64,000 nt of DNA from Clostridiales bacterium (GCA_018729555.1 JAHHQG010000027.1:11705-75704); one strand, 5' to 3'; positions 18,086-26,370 are shown, counted from the stretch's first letter. Notes: generated from the letters alone by a model not told the origin. Translations and numbers: made by a program.

Positions 18086-19255
18086 ATGAACGTCCCCGCC
18101 CTGGTGACGGAAGCCCGCCTCCGGCCGGCCCTGGCCCTCATCCGGGCCCTGGGCCGGGCGGGATTCCCCGTATGGGCCGCCGAAGATCCTTCTTACCCCC
18201 CTTCCGCCATCCTGGGGTTTCACTCCCGCTATACCCGGCGGTCCCTCTTCTCGCCGTCACCGGGAGATGCAGCCGCCTACCGGGCTTTCCTCCAGAAGCT
18301 GTCGGGCGAAGGACCTCTGGTGTGGCTGCCGGGAGGACTCCCCACCATGACCCTGGCGGTGGCATGGCAGGGGACCCTTCCGGGCATCTACATGGCCGTA
18401 CCGGGAAAAGAGGCCTTTCACACCGCCTCCGACAAGGAGGCCCTCTACCACCTGGCCCTTTCCTTGGACATCCCCCTCCCCCGTACGTTCCTCCCCCCTG
18501 AAGGGCGGGACCTCCCATCCTGGAGCCGGAGCCTCCCCTATCCCCTCGTGGTGAAATACCGCCACGGGGAAGCCCTGGGCCTTTCCGCCCCGGAGCGCTA
18601 CCGGATCGTTCGCACCCCTGAGGAGCTGGTGGCCGCCTACCGGGCCATGGACCGGCAGCAGGAACGGCCCCTCGTCCAGGAGTACCTGACGGGCCCAGGT
18701 CTAGGGTACTCGGCCCTTCTGGACGGTGGCGGGCGGGTTCTGGCAGCGGTGGCCCACCGGAGGATCCGCCAGTATCCCTGGCAAGGAGGCCCCAGCTCCC
18801 TCGCCGTCACCCTTCGGGATCCGCGCTTGGCCGCCCTTAGCCGAAAGCTCCTTGGGGCTCTCGGGTGGAAGGGCATCGCCATGGTGGAGTGGAAGGCCGA
18901 TGAGAAAGGGGAACCTCGCCTTTTGGAGATCAATCCCCGGCCCTGGGGAACCATGGCCCTGGCTCAGGCGGCAGGCGTCCCCCTGGCGGAACGGTGGTAT
19001 AGGCTGGCCCTGGGTGAGACCGACGGCCTGGAGGAGGTGGAGGCGCCACCTGGCGTCCGCCTCCGCTTCCTCTTCCACGACTTTCTTTCGGTGCGCCAGG
19101 GGATCGGCCTAGGGGAAGCCCCACGGGGGCTATACTGGGAATTCTTGCGGGACGTCGTCCGCCGGCAGGCGGCCGAGGGCGTCTGGTGCCGGGAAGATCC
19201 CCGCCCCTTCTGGGCTTACCTTCGCCGCTCCTTGAGGGGGATGATGAGCCGGTGA
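18086..19255 (+). CDS. ATP-grasp domain protein (unknown ligase)
   Basis: ATG 18086 (MNVPALV). ATP-grasp core: YPLVVKYRHGEA..., LVQEYLTGPGLGYSALL, GIAMVEWKADEKGEPRLLEINPRPWG. Confidence 0.7.
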   Translation: MNVPALVTEARLRPALALIRALGRAGFPVWAAEDPSYPPSAILGFHSRYTRRSLFSPSPGDAAAYRAFLQKLSGEGPLVWLPGGLPTMTLAVAWQGTLPGIYMAVPGKEAFHTASDKEALYHLALSLDIPLPRTFLPPEGRDLPSWSRSLPYPLVVKYRHGEALGLSAPERYRIVRTPEELVAAYRAMDRQQERPLVQEYLTGPGLGYSALLDGGGRVLAAVAHRRIRQYPWQGGPSSLAVTLRDPRLAALSRKLLGALGWKGIAMVEWKADEKGEPRLLEINPRPWGTMALAQAAGVPLAERWYRLALGETDGLEEVEAPPGVRLRFLFHDFLSVRQGIGLGEAPRGLYWEFLRDVVRRQAAEGVWCREDPRPFWAYLRRSLRGMMSR

Positions 19256-20046
19256 TGCGCCTGGACCTCCATGTCCACTCCCGCCATTCCTTCGACGGCG
19301 CCATGCCGGTGGAGACCATCCTCCTCCTGGCCTTCCGGCGAGGCCTCCACGGGGTAGCCATCACCGACCACAACACCAGCCGGGGGGCCTGGGAGGCCCT
19401 GGCGGCGGTGGAGCGCCTGGGGCTTCCGCTGGTGGTCGTCCCTGGAGGGGAATACACCACCGATGAGGGCCACATCCTGGGGCTCTTCCTGGAAGGGCCC
19501 CTTCCCCTGGAGGCGGCCCTTTCCCCCACAGGGCGCCTTCCGTGGCAGAGGGTGGTGGAAGACATCCGGGCGAGGGGGGGTATCAGCATCCTGGCCCACC
19601 CCTTTCAGCGCCGCCGGAGCCTTCCTCCGGACCTCTTGGAGGCGGTGGACGGGGTGGAGGTCTTCAACGCCCGACTGGCCTATGCTCCCAATCCCCACGC
19701 CCTCGACGACGCCTGGGAAGCTGCCCTCCAGAAGGGCGGTTTTTGGACCGGCGGAAGCGATGCCCACACCCCCTCGGAAGTGGGACGGGGATGGGTGGAG
19801 CTCCCCCTTCCTCCCCAGGCGGGCCTTTCCGCCATCCGCCAGGCCCTCCGGGGGCCCCTTCGGGTGGGGGGACGAGGGTCGCCTCCCTGGGTGGAGACGG
19901 TCAGCCAGGCCCGGCGCCTCATGGCCTTGAAAGAAGGGAAGCGCCTTCCCCGGTTTCTCTTGAAAGGCGCCTGGAATGTGGCCCGCACCTGCCTTTATCC
20001 GCGGGTGTGGGCCAAGGTGCGGGTGATGGAAAGGAGCTTTCCATGA
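19255..20046 (+). CDS. PHP-domain metal-dependent phosphoesterase
   Basis: MRLDLHVHSRHSFDG, VAITDHNT, ILAHPF, GGSDAH. The ATG overlaps the ATP-grasp stop (TGATG). Confidence 0.75.
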   Translation: MRLDLHVHSRHSFDGAMPVETILLLAFRRGLHGVAITDHNTSRGAWEALAAVERLGLPLVVVPGGEYTTDEGHILGLFLEGPLPLEAALSPTGRLPWQRVVEDIRARGGISILAHPFQRRRSLPPDLLEAVDGVEVFNARLAYAPNPHALDDAWEAALQKGGFWTGGSDAHTPSEVGRGWVELPLPPQAGLSAIRQALRGPLRVGGRGSPPWVETVSQARRLMALKEGKRLPRFLLKGAWNVARTCLYPRVWAKVRVMERSFP

Positions 20047-21377
20047 ACCTTCTCGATCCTCTGCGACCCCTGGGCCGACGCCTGAAGGCGTTCCGTCACC
20101 GCCGATCAGGAGGGGTGGTGGATCCCGTGCGCCGCATCGAGCGGGTGAAGCTCCCGAAGGACCGGCGGGTGGTGGCCATGACCTTCGACGATGGACCCTG
20201 CGCCCTTCCGGGAAGGGGAGGTGCGGAAGATCCCCGGCCCCTCACCCTTCGCCTTCTGGAGATTTTGGAATCCTTTTCCGCCCGGGGGACCTTCAACATC
20301 ATTGGGAGTACTCAGGAGGGCTATCCCGACCGGCCAGGAAGGCCGGGGACGCCCCTTTGGAACGGCATCCGCTATGACCACTACCCCGACTTTGGCGAGG
20401 ACCTGCAGGGAGGTGCCCTTCACCAGCTGGACCTGGTGCGGCGGATGGTGGCGGGCGGCCATGAGCTTTCCAACCACAGCTTTTCCCACCTCCTCTTTGG
20501 GCCCAAGCGCCTGGTCTACGGATCCCGGCGTTACCAGCCCTCCGCCGCCCAGGCTCTGGAGGACCTCCGGCGCCTCCACCGGCTGGTCCAGGAGGCATTG
20601 GGCTACACCTTCCGGCTGGCGAGGCCCCCTCATTACGTCGATGGCACCGTGGACGGCTTTAGCGCCTATGACCTCTACGATCTCATGGATTACCTCTACC
20701 TGGCGGCCAGCTTCGACGGCGGGGGATGGCTTCCCCGGCCCACCTACAGGGAATCGGTGGAGGCTATGGTGAGACCCCTTCGGGAAGCGTTGGAACGGGA
20801 CCCCCAGAGCCTATCGGGTCAGATCATTTTCCAAAAGGACGGCTATGACATGAAGGGGGAATCGCCGGTCCTGGAAGGGCTTTACCGCCAGCTGGAGCTC
20901 CTCACCCGCCACGGCTACCAGGTGGTGACGGTAGGGGAGCTTTTGCGCCTGTCCTCCTTTGCCGACGTATCGCCCGACGACCCTGCCGGCGAGGCGGGGC
21001 AGTTCCTCCTCTCCCGGGGGCTGGCCATCGCCTTCCGGGATAACACCCTGCGCCCATCCCAGCCGTTGACGTGGCATCAGCTGAAGATCCACCTCCTTCC
21101 CCCCGATCGCCGCACCCGGGCGAAGGAGATCTGGTGGCGGGAGGGAAAGGAGAGGCGGCTGGATGCCCTTTCGCGGGAGGGCGGTGGATTTCTTTCCTCC
21201 CTAGGGATCGAGGTGCCCCGCGACGGGGGGAGGGCCGTCCGGGGGCCGGAGCTGAAGGCCGTCCTGGAGGCCTGGGGTCCTTTCTTCCAGGGGAAGGGTC
21301 CCCGGGGGCTGGCCTTCCCCGACCGCCCCCTTACGCGGGAAGAAGGCCTCCTGGCCATGGCGGCCTGCTTGCGCTGA
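20043..21377 (+). CDS. Polysaccharide deacetylase (CE4/NodB) with C-terminal SLH-like segment
   Basis: ATG 20043 forms an ATGA overlap with the PHP stop. NodB motifs are AMTFDDGP and GHELSNHSFSH. The C-terminal FADVSPDDPAGEAGQFLLSRGLAIAFRDNTLRPSQPLTWHQL resembles an SLH repeat. No N-terminal signal peptide is visible. The track ORF start 19542 is an artefactual extension. Confidence 0.75.
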   Translation: MNLLDPLRPLGRRLKAFRHRRSGGVVDPVRRIERVKLPKDRRVVAMTFDDGPCALPGRGGAEDPRPLTLRLLEILESFSARGTFNIIGSTQEGYPDRPGRPGTPLWNGIRYDHYPDFGEDLQGGALHQLDLVRRMVAGGHELSNHSFSHLLFGPKRLVYGSRRYQPSAAQALEDLRRLHRLVQEALGYTFRLARPPHYVDGTVDGFSAYDLYDLMDYLYLAASFDGGGWLPRPTYRESVEAMVRPLREALERDPQSLSGQIIFQKDGYDMKGESPVLEGLYRQLELLTRHGYQVVTVGELLRLSSFADVSPDDPAGEAGQFLLSRGLAIAFRDNTLRPSQPLTWHQLKIHLLPPDRRTRAKEIWWREGKERRLDALSREGGGFLSSLGIEVPRDGGRAVRGPELKAVLEAWGPFFQGKGPRGLAFPDRPLTREEGLLAMAACLR

Positions 21378-21423
21378 CGCCTTTGTTTTCATTTCCCGGC
21401 TTGCTATAATGGGGAGCGGTCCC

Positions 21424-21498
21424 GGCGGTGTAGCTCAGCGGTAGAGCATGCGGTTCATACCCGCAGTGTCGGTGGTTCGAATCCACCCGCCGCCACCA
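21424..21498 (+). tRNA. tRNA-Met (anticodon CAT), elongator-like (tRNA-Ile2/lysidine not excluded)
   Basis: Hand-folded cloverleaf: acceptor GGCGGTG/CGCCGCC, anticodon loop TTCATAC, T-loop GGTGGTTCGAATCCACC, encoded CCA. Confidence 0.85.
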
Positions 21499-21522
21499 AA
21501 AATTTGCGGGGGTTTTCTGCAA

Positions 21523-21550
21523 GGCTCCGTTGACGGAGCCCTTTCTTTTC
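21523..21550 (+). terminator. Hairpin plus T-rich tract between the two tRNA genes
   Basis: GGCTCCGT-TGAC-GGAGCC followed by CTTTCTTTTC. Confidence 0.4.
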
Positions 21551-21564
21551 GGCAAAATGGCTCT

Positions 21565-21637
21565 GGGCTCGTAGCTCAACTGGCAGAGCAACCGGCTCTT
21601 AACCGGTAGGTTCAGGGTTCGACTCCCTGCGAGCCCA
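21565..21637 (+). tRNA. tRNA-Lys (anticodon CTT)
   Basis: Acceptor GGGCTCG/CGAGCCC, anticodon loop CTCTTAA, T-arm CAGGGTTCGACTCCCTG. CCA is not encoded. Confidence 0.9.
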
Positions 21638-21649
21638 CTGGAGGAAAGG

Positions 21650-21681
21650 AGGGCACCCACCGGTGCCCTCGCTCCTTTTTC
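21650..21681 (+). terminator. Rho-independent terminator after tRNA-Lys
   Basis: GGGCACC-CACC-GGTGCCC followed by CTCCTTTTTCT. Confidence 0.5.
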
Positions 21682-21735
21682 TCCCCGTCGTCCCGCTCCG
21701 TTGTCTTTTCCCTTGTTCCTTGCCCGTCCCGGCCC

Positions 21736-22869
21736 CTACGATGGTCGAAACCGTTCAGGCGCAAAGAGGCGAAGATCGTAAGGCGGTTCTTTGTCTTCGG
21801 CCAAGAGAGCCATGATCTCCCCCAGGGCCGGCATGAACTTGAAGCCGTGGCCTGAGCAGGGGGAGGCCAGGAAGATCCGGTCGGAGCCGGGGAGGAGCCC
21901 CAGGACGAAGTGGTGATCGGGCGTATTGGTGTAGAGGCAGACGGAGGATCGTTGGGGCCGGGTCTGAAGGCCCGGGAGAAGCTGGGCCACCCCTTCCGCC
22001 ACCGGCTGACGATCCTCTTCGATGACATCCCTGGGGACGCTATCGGGGTCCACTGCCTGACCTCCGTGGTGGCGGGAGAACTTCACCGTCTCCCCGTCCA
22101 GGGTGGGAAAACCGTAGAAGGTATGGGCTTCGTCCCGTTCCCACATGAACACGGGGAAGAGGGAGGGATGGTAGGGCGAGGGATCCTCCGCCAGGGGCCA
22201 CCAGTGGAGCACCTGGCGCTCCACCTCCCACGGGATGACCCCGGGAAGGAGCTTGGGCATCCAGGCGCCGGCAGCAAGGATGAGGCGGGCCGCTCGATAG
22301 GTCTCCTGGTCGGTATGAACCCGAACGGCACCTTCCTCCTCCTCGAAGGAAAGGGCCTTCTCAGGGATGTGGATCTCGGCGCCTTCCTCCCGGGCCATGG
22401 CCTGCCAGGTGACGAGGGCCCGCTCGGGAAAGAGGACTCCGCCTTTGGGTTCCAGGAGGGCGATATACCCGGAGGGAATGCGAAAGGCGGGGAAGCGGCG
22501 GGCCACGTCCAAGGGGGTGAGGAGCTCATGGGGAAGGGACCAGGCCCGGGCGCTCTCCAGGGCCCTTGGCACCAGCTCCCCTGCCTCCTTGCCGATCATA
22601 AGGGCGCCGGTGGGAAGGAGGAGCTCCTTTCGCGCGCGCTCCTGGGCTTCTTCCCAAAGCTGCCAAGCCCTCTGGGCCAGGGGGACGTAGAGGGGATCTT
22701 CGTAGTAGGCCGTCCGGATGATGCGGCTCTCCCCGTGGGAAGAGCCGTAGATATGGCCCGGGGGATGGGGATCCAGCCCCAGCACTCGCCGCCCCCGTTG
22801 AGCGAGGGCCCGGAGGGTGGCGCTCCCCACGGCTCCCAGGCCCACCACGAGGAAATCTACGTCCCTCAT
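21736..22869 (-). CDS. Monomeric sarcosine oxidase / N-methyl-amino-acid oxidase family flavoprotein
   Basis: N-terminal dinucleotide fold DFLVVGLGAVGSA. Family motif SSHGESRIIR. SPCSGHGFKF contains the Cys that carries covalent FAD in MSOX-type enzymes. Confidence 0.8.
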   Translation of the reverse strand: MRDVDFLVVGLGAVGSATLRALAQRGRRVLGLDPHPPGHIYGSSHGESRIIRTAYYEDPLYVPLAQRAWQLWEEAQERARKELLLPTGALMIGKEAGELVPRALESARAWSLPHELLTPLDVARRFPAFRIPSGYIALLEPKGGVLFPERALVTWQAMAREEGAEIHIPEKALSFEEEEGAVRVHTDQETYRAARLILAAGAWMPKLLPGVIPWEVERQVLHWWPLAEDPSPYHPSLFPVFMWERDEAHTFYGFPTLDGETVKFSRHHGGQAVDPDSVPRDVIEEDRQPVAEGVAQLLPGLQTRPQRSSVCLYTNTPDHHFVLGLLPGSDRIFLASPCSGHGFKFMPALGEIMALLAEDKEPPYDLRLFAPERFRPS

Positions 22870-23831
22870 GGACGAGCCATCCTTCCTCGGATGCGCCCGG
22901 CCAGGAGGTGATGCCAGGCCCAGACGGCGATGTGGGAGGAGATCTGCTGGGGATCCTGGGGCGGGTAAATCTCCACGTAGTCGAAGGCCACCAGCGAGGG
23001 CACCTGGCCCAGTCGGTAAAGCCCCTGAAAGAGCTCAAAGGGGGTGAGGCCTCCAGGATCGGGGGGGCCTCCCGGGTTGAGGGCCGCCTCCAGGACGTCG
23101 CTGCAGACGCTCACGTACAGGCCATCCACGCCGTCGGCTGCGATGGCGATAGCCTCCTCCAAGGCGGTCAGCCAGCCCCTCTGGCGGATGTCCTCCATGG
23201 TGAAGACGGTGGCTCCTGCCTCCTTGGCAAACTCCCACTGCTCCCTGCGGTTGCGGGGTCCCCGGATCCCCACGTGGACCAAGTTCCGGGGGTTAAAGGC
23301 GGGAAGCTCGGCGATCCTCCGGAACGGCGTATTACGGGCGTAGGGGTCGCCGTCATAGCTGTCCAGGTTATCCAGGTGGGCATCCAGGTGGACGATACCC
23401 AGGGAGAGGCGGCGACTTAAGGACCGGATCACGGGGTAGGTGATGGAGTGGTCGCCTCCGAAAAGGGTGAGGAGGCGCCCCGGCGAAAACGCCTGAGCCA
23501 CCGCTTCTTCGATGTGGGCAAAGGTCTTTTCCCGATCGGCCATATCCACCAGGACATCGCCCAGATCGGCGGCCCGCAAGTGCTCCTGGATCTGGAGGGC
23601 GTACTCGGGGAGAAAGCCGCTGTAGCGGGCAGAGGCCTGCCGGATGGTGCGGGGGGCCAGCTCGCATCCCGACCAGCTCCCCCACGTGATGGTGCCTTCC
23701 CAGGGAATGCCCAGAATCACCACGTCTTCGTCCGTCAGCTCCGCCGGCTTTTTCTTCGGAAACCCTAAGAAGGTGGGCGTGTCGCCGTAAAGGTAGGGCA
23801 GTTGAGCCAGCTCAGCTTTCGGATTGCCCAA
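22866..23831 (-). CDS. Arginase/agmatinase-family ureohydrolase (atypical metal site)
   Basis: GGDHSITYP and VHLDAHLD motifs are present. The third motif reads SVCSDVLEAALNPG instead of SxDxDxxDPxxxPG. TTG start with GAGGAGAG RBS. ATGA overlap with the downstream oxidase gene. Confidence 0.8.
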   Translation of the reverse strand: MGNPKAELAQLPYLYGDTPTFLGFPKKKPAELTDEDVVILGIPWEGTITWGSWSGCELAPRTIRQASARYSGFLPEYALQIQEHLRAADLGDVLVDMADREKTFAHIEEAVAQAFSPGRLLTLFGGDHSITYPVIRSLSRRLSLGIVHLDAHLDNLDSYDGDPYARNTPFRRIAELPAFNPRNLVHVGIRGPRNRREQWEFAKEAGATVFTMEDIRQRGWLTALEEAIAIAADGVDGLYVSVCSDVLEAALNPGGPPDPGGLTPFELFQGLYRLGQVPSLVAFDYVEIYPPQDPQQISSHIAVWAWHHLLAGRIRGRMARP

Positions 23832-23846
23832 GGGTCATCTCTCCTC

Positions 23847-24569
23847 TCATACCGGAGTTCCTCCTAAATAGGCCGCCTGAACCCGGGGATCCCGGGCGAG
23901 ATCGGCAGCTTTCCCTTCCAGGACGATGCGGCCGACATCCAGGACATAGGCCCGGTGGGCCAGCTCCAGAGCCCGGCGGGCGTTCTGCTCCACCAGGAGG
24001 ATGGCCACGCCCCGCCGGCTCACCTCCTCGATGATCTGGAAGATCTGGCGCACCAGCATGGGGGCGAGGCCCATGGAGGGTTCGTCGAGGGCGAGAAGCT
24101 TAGGTTCGGCCATAAGGGCCCGCCCGATGGCCAGCATCTGCTGCTCGCCCCCGCTCAAGCTTCCGCCCAACTGGTGGCGGCGCTCCTTGAGGCGGGGGAA
24201 AAGGTCGTAAACCTCCGCCAGCCGCTTTTGCAGCTCCCGGGTATCGCGGGCCCAGAGGTAGCGGCCCAAAATGAGGTTTTCCTCCACCGTCAAGGTGGTG
24301 AAGATCCGCCTTCCTTCGGGGACGTGGGCCAAACCCAGCCGGACGATCTCGTCGGCCTTCCTCCGGGTGATGTCGGTGCCGGCGAAGATGATCTTTCCCT
24401 CGCGGGCTTGCACCAGGCCCGAAAGGGTCCGGAGGGTGGTGGTCTTGCCGGCCCCGTTGCTCCCGATGAGGGTGACGATCTCCCCCTCCTCCACCGTGAG
24501 GCGGATCCCTTTCAAGACATGGACGCGGCCGTAGTAGGAGTGGACGTCATGAAGCTCCAGAAGGGCCAT
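23847..24569 (-). CDS. livF: Branched-chain amino acid-type ABC transporter ATP-binding protein (LivF-like)
   Basis: Walker A GSNGAGKTT, signature LSGGEQQML, Walker B LLALDEPS. Confidence 0.85.
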   Translation of the reverse strand: MALLELHDVHSYYGRVHVLKGIRLTVEEGEIVTLIGSNGAGKTTTLRTLSGLVQAREGKIIFAGTDITRRKADEIVRLGLAHVPEGRRIFTTLTVEENLILGRYLWARDTRELQKRLAEVYDLFPRLKERRHQLGGSLSGGEQQMLAIGRALMAEPKLLALDEPSMGLAPMLVRQIFQIIEEVSRRGVAILLVEQNARRALELAHRAYVLDVGRIVLEGKAADLARDPRVQAAYLGGTPV

Positions 24570-26370
24570 CGGCTACCCCCCTTGCGGCCGCCGGGTCTTC
24601 TTCTTCGCGGCCCAGATAGGCATCGATGACGCGGGGATTGGCCTGGACTTCCGCCGGAGTCCCCTGGGCGATGAGCCGCCCTTGATCCAAGACCAGCACG
24701 TGGTCCGAGACGCCCATCACCAGGGACATGTCGTGCTCGATCAAAAAGACGGTGATACCCAGGTCCCGGATCTTTTCCAGGAGCTTTAAAAACTCCTCTT
24801 TCTCGGCTGGATTCATCCCGGCGGCTGGCTCATCCAGGAGGAGGAGGCGAGGGCGGCTGGCGAGGGCCCGGGCCAGCTCCAGGCGGCGCTGGTCCCCGTA
24901 GGAAAGCTCCCGGGCCAGGTATCCCGCCTTATCGCCCAGACCGACGAAATGGAGCCAGGCCAGGGCTTCCTTGAGGCTCTCCCGTTCTTCCCGCTGCTGG
25001 GCGGGGGTGTGGAGGAGGCTTTCGATGACCCTGGCCTTCTGGCGGGGATAGAGGCCCAGGAGGACGTTTTCATAGGCCTCCAGGGATGCAAAGAGGCGGA
25101 TCCCTTGGAAGGTGCGGGTCATCCCCAGGTAGGCGATGCGGTGGGGCCGAAGGCCTTTGATGTTCTGGCCGTCAAAGAGGATGCGCCCTTCTTGGGGCCT
25201 CACCACGCCCGAAAGGGCATTGAAGACGGTGGTCTTCCCCGCGCCGTTGGGGCCGATCATGCTGACGATCCGGCCTTCGGGCACCACAAAGCTGACCCCC
25301 TGCACCGCCTTTAAGCCCCCGAAGCGGTGCTCCAGGTTCTCCACCACCAGGAGGGGCTTTCCCGGCTGCCGGGGCCGGGCCTTCAGCTCTTTCTCGATGG
25401 TCTTCCAGTAGGCGGGAGCTTCCCTCACGGCGGCGTCGAAAAGGGCGGGGTGGGGCCGCCTTCGCGGAGCCGGCCAGAGGCCTTCGGGCCGGAGGAGCAT
25501 CATGGCGATGAGGGCGAGGCCGAAGAGAAGGAGCCGCCAGCCCGCCAGGAACCGCAGAACCTCCGGCAACCCCACCACGGCGGCTGCCCCCAGGAGGACC
25601 CCCGGAAGGCTCCCCATGCCGCCGATGACCACCACCAGGAGGATGAGGACCGACTGCATGAAGACAAAGCTGGTGGGATTGATGACCCCCACCCGCACGG
25701 CGAAGAAGGCGCCGGCCAGCCCACCCCAGATCGCCCCCAGGATGAAGGCCATGAGCTTCACCCTCAGAACGGGTACCCCCACCGGCTCCGCCACCAGCTC
25801 ATCTTCCCGGAGGCTCAGCCACGCCCGTCCCAGGCGGGAGAAGGCCAGGTGGCGGGAGAAATAGAGGGCGATGAGGACCAACGCCAAAGCCAGGTAGTAC
25901 ATGGAAAGGTCGCTGTCCAGGGAAAACCCGAAAAGGGTAGGTCGGGGAATTCCGAGGATGCCTTCGGGCCCGCCGGTAACATCCAGGTTCTGGACGGTGA
26001 TGCGGACGATCTCCCCGAAGCCCAGGGTGACGATGGCCAGGTAGTCGCTCCGCAGGCGAAGGACGGGGTACCCCAAGAGGGCCCCCGCCACCCCGGCCAA
26101 GAAGAGGGCCACCGGCAGAACGGCCCAGAAGGACCAGTGGGCTTTTACCATGAGGAGGGCCGCCGTATAGGCTCCAATGGCGAAGAAGGCGGCATACCCC
26201 AGGTCCAGGAGGCCGGCATAACCCACCACGATATTGAGGCCCAGACCCAACATGGCGTAGGTGAGGATCCCGATGAGGACCCCCAAGGGGTAGAGGGGGA
26301 GAAAGGGGGGCACCAGGACGGCTAGAAGTATGGCGAGGGCCACCCCCCAGCGTTCTAGAAATGTCCTCAC
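24547..26370 (-). CDS. Fused LivM-type permease / LivG-type ATPase
   Basis: The N-terminal ~310 aa is polytopic permease. The C-terminal half carries GPNGAGKTT, LSYGDQRRLELARAL and LLLLDEPAAG. GTGA overlap with the livH stop; the 3' end overlaps livF by 23 nt. Confidence 0.85.
   Translation of the reverse strand: MRTFLERWGVALAILLAVLVPPFLPLYPLGVLIGILTYAMLGLGLNIVVGYAGLLDLGYAAFFAIGAYTAALLMVKAHWSFWAVLPVALFLAGVAGALLGYPVLRLRSDYLAIVTLGFGEIVRITVQNLDVTGGPEGILGIPRPTLFGFSLDSDLSMYYLALALVLIALYFSRHLAFSRLGRAWLSLREDELVAEPVGVPVLRVKLMAFILGAIWGGLAGAFFAVRVGVINPTSFVFMQSVLILLVVVIGGMGSLPGVLLGAAAVVGLPEVLRFLAGWRLLLFGLALIAMMLLRPEGLWPAPRRRPHPALFDAAVREAPAYWKTIEKELKARPRQPGKPLLVVENLEHRFGGLKAVQGVSFVVPEGRIVSMIGPNGAGKTTVFNALSGVVRPQEGRILFDGQNIKGLRPHRIAYLGMTRTFQGIRLFASLEAYENVLLGLYPRQKARVIESLLHTPAQQREERESLKEALAWLHFVGLGDKAGYLARELSYGDQRRLELARALASRPRLLLLDEPAAGMNPAEKEEFLKLLEKIRDLGITVFLIEHDMSLVMGVSDHVLVLDQGRLIAQGTPAEVQANPRVIDAYLGREEEDPAAARGVADGPSGAS

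Noticed and set aside
14015-18501. Long plus-strand ORFs (452 aa, 371 aa, 564 aa) across the PDH operon
   Set aside because: They are antisense to E2 and E1 and are Pro/Gly/His/Arg-rich. The real ATP-grasp gene starts only at 18086.
19542-20042. 167-codon N-terminal extension of the CE4 ORF in the track
   Set aside because: It overlaps the PHP gene in another frame and is Gly/Pro-rich. An ATG at 20043 with an ATGA overlap gives a sensible N-terminus.
21424-21498. Possible initiator tRNA-fMet
   Set aside because: Position 1 pairs with 72 (G-C) and the anticodon stem lacks the three consecutive G-C pairs typical of bacterial initiators. It was called elongator-type, with tRNA-Ile2 not excluded.
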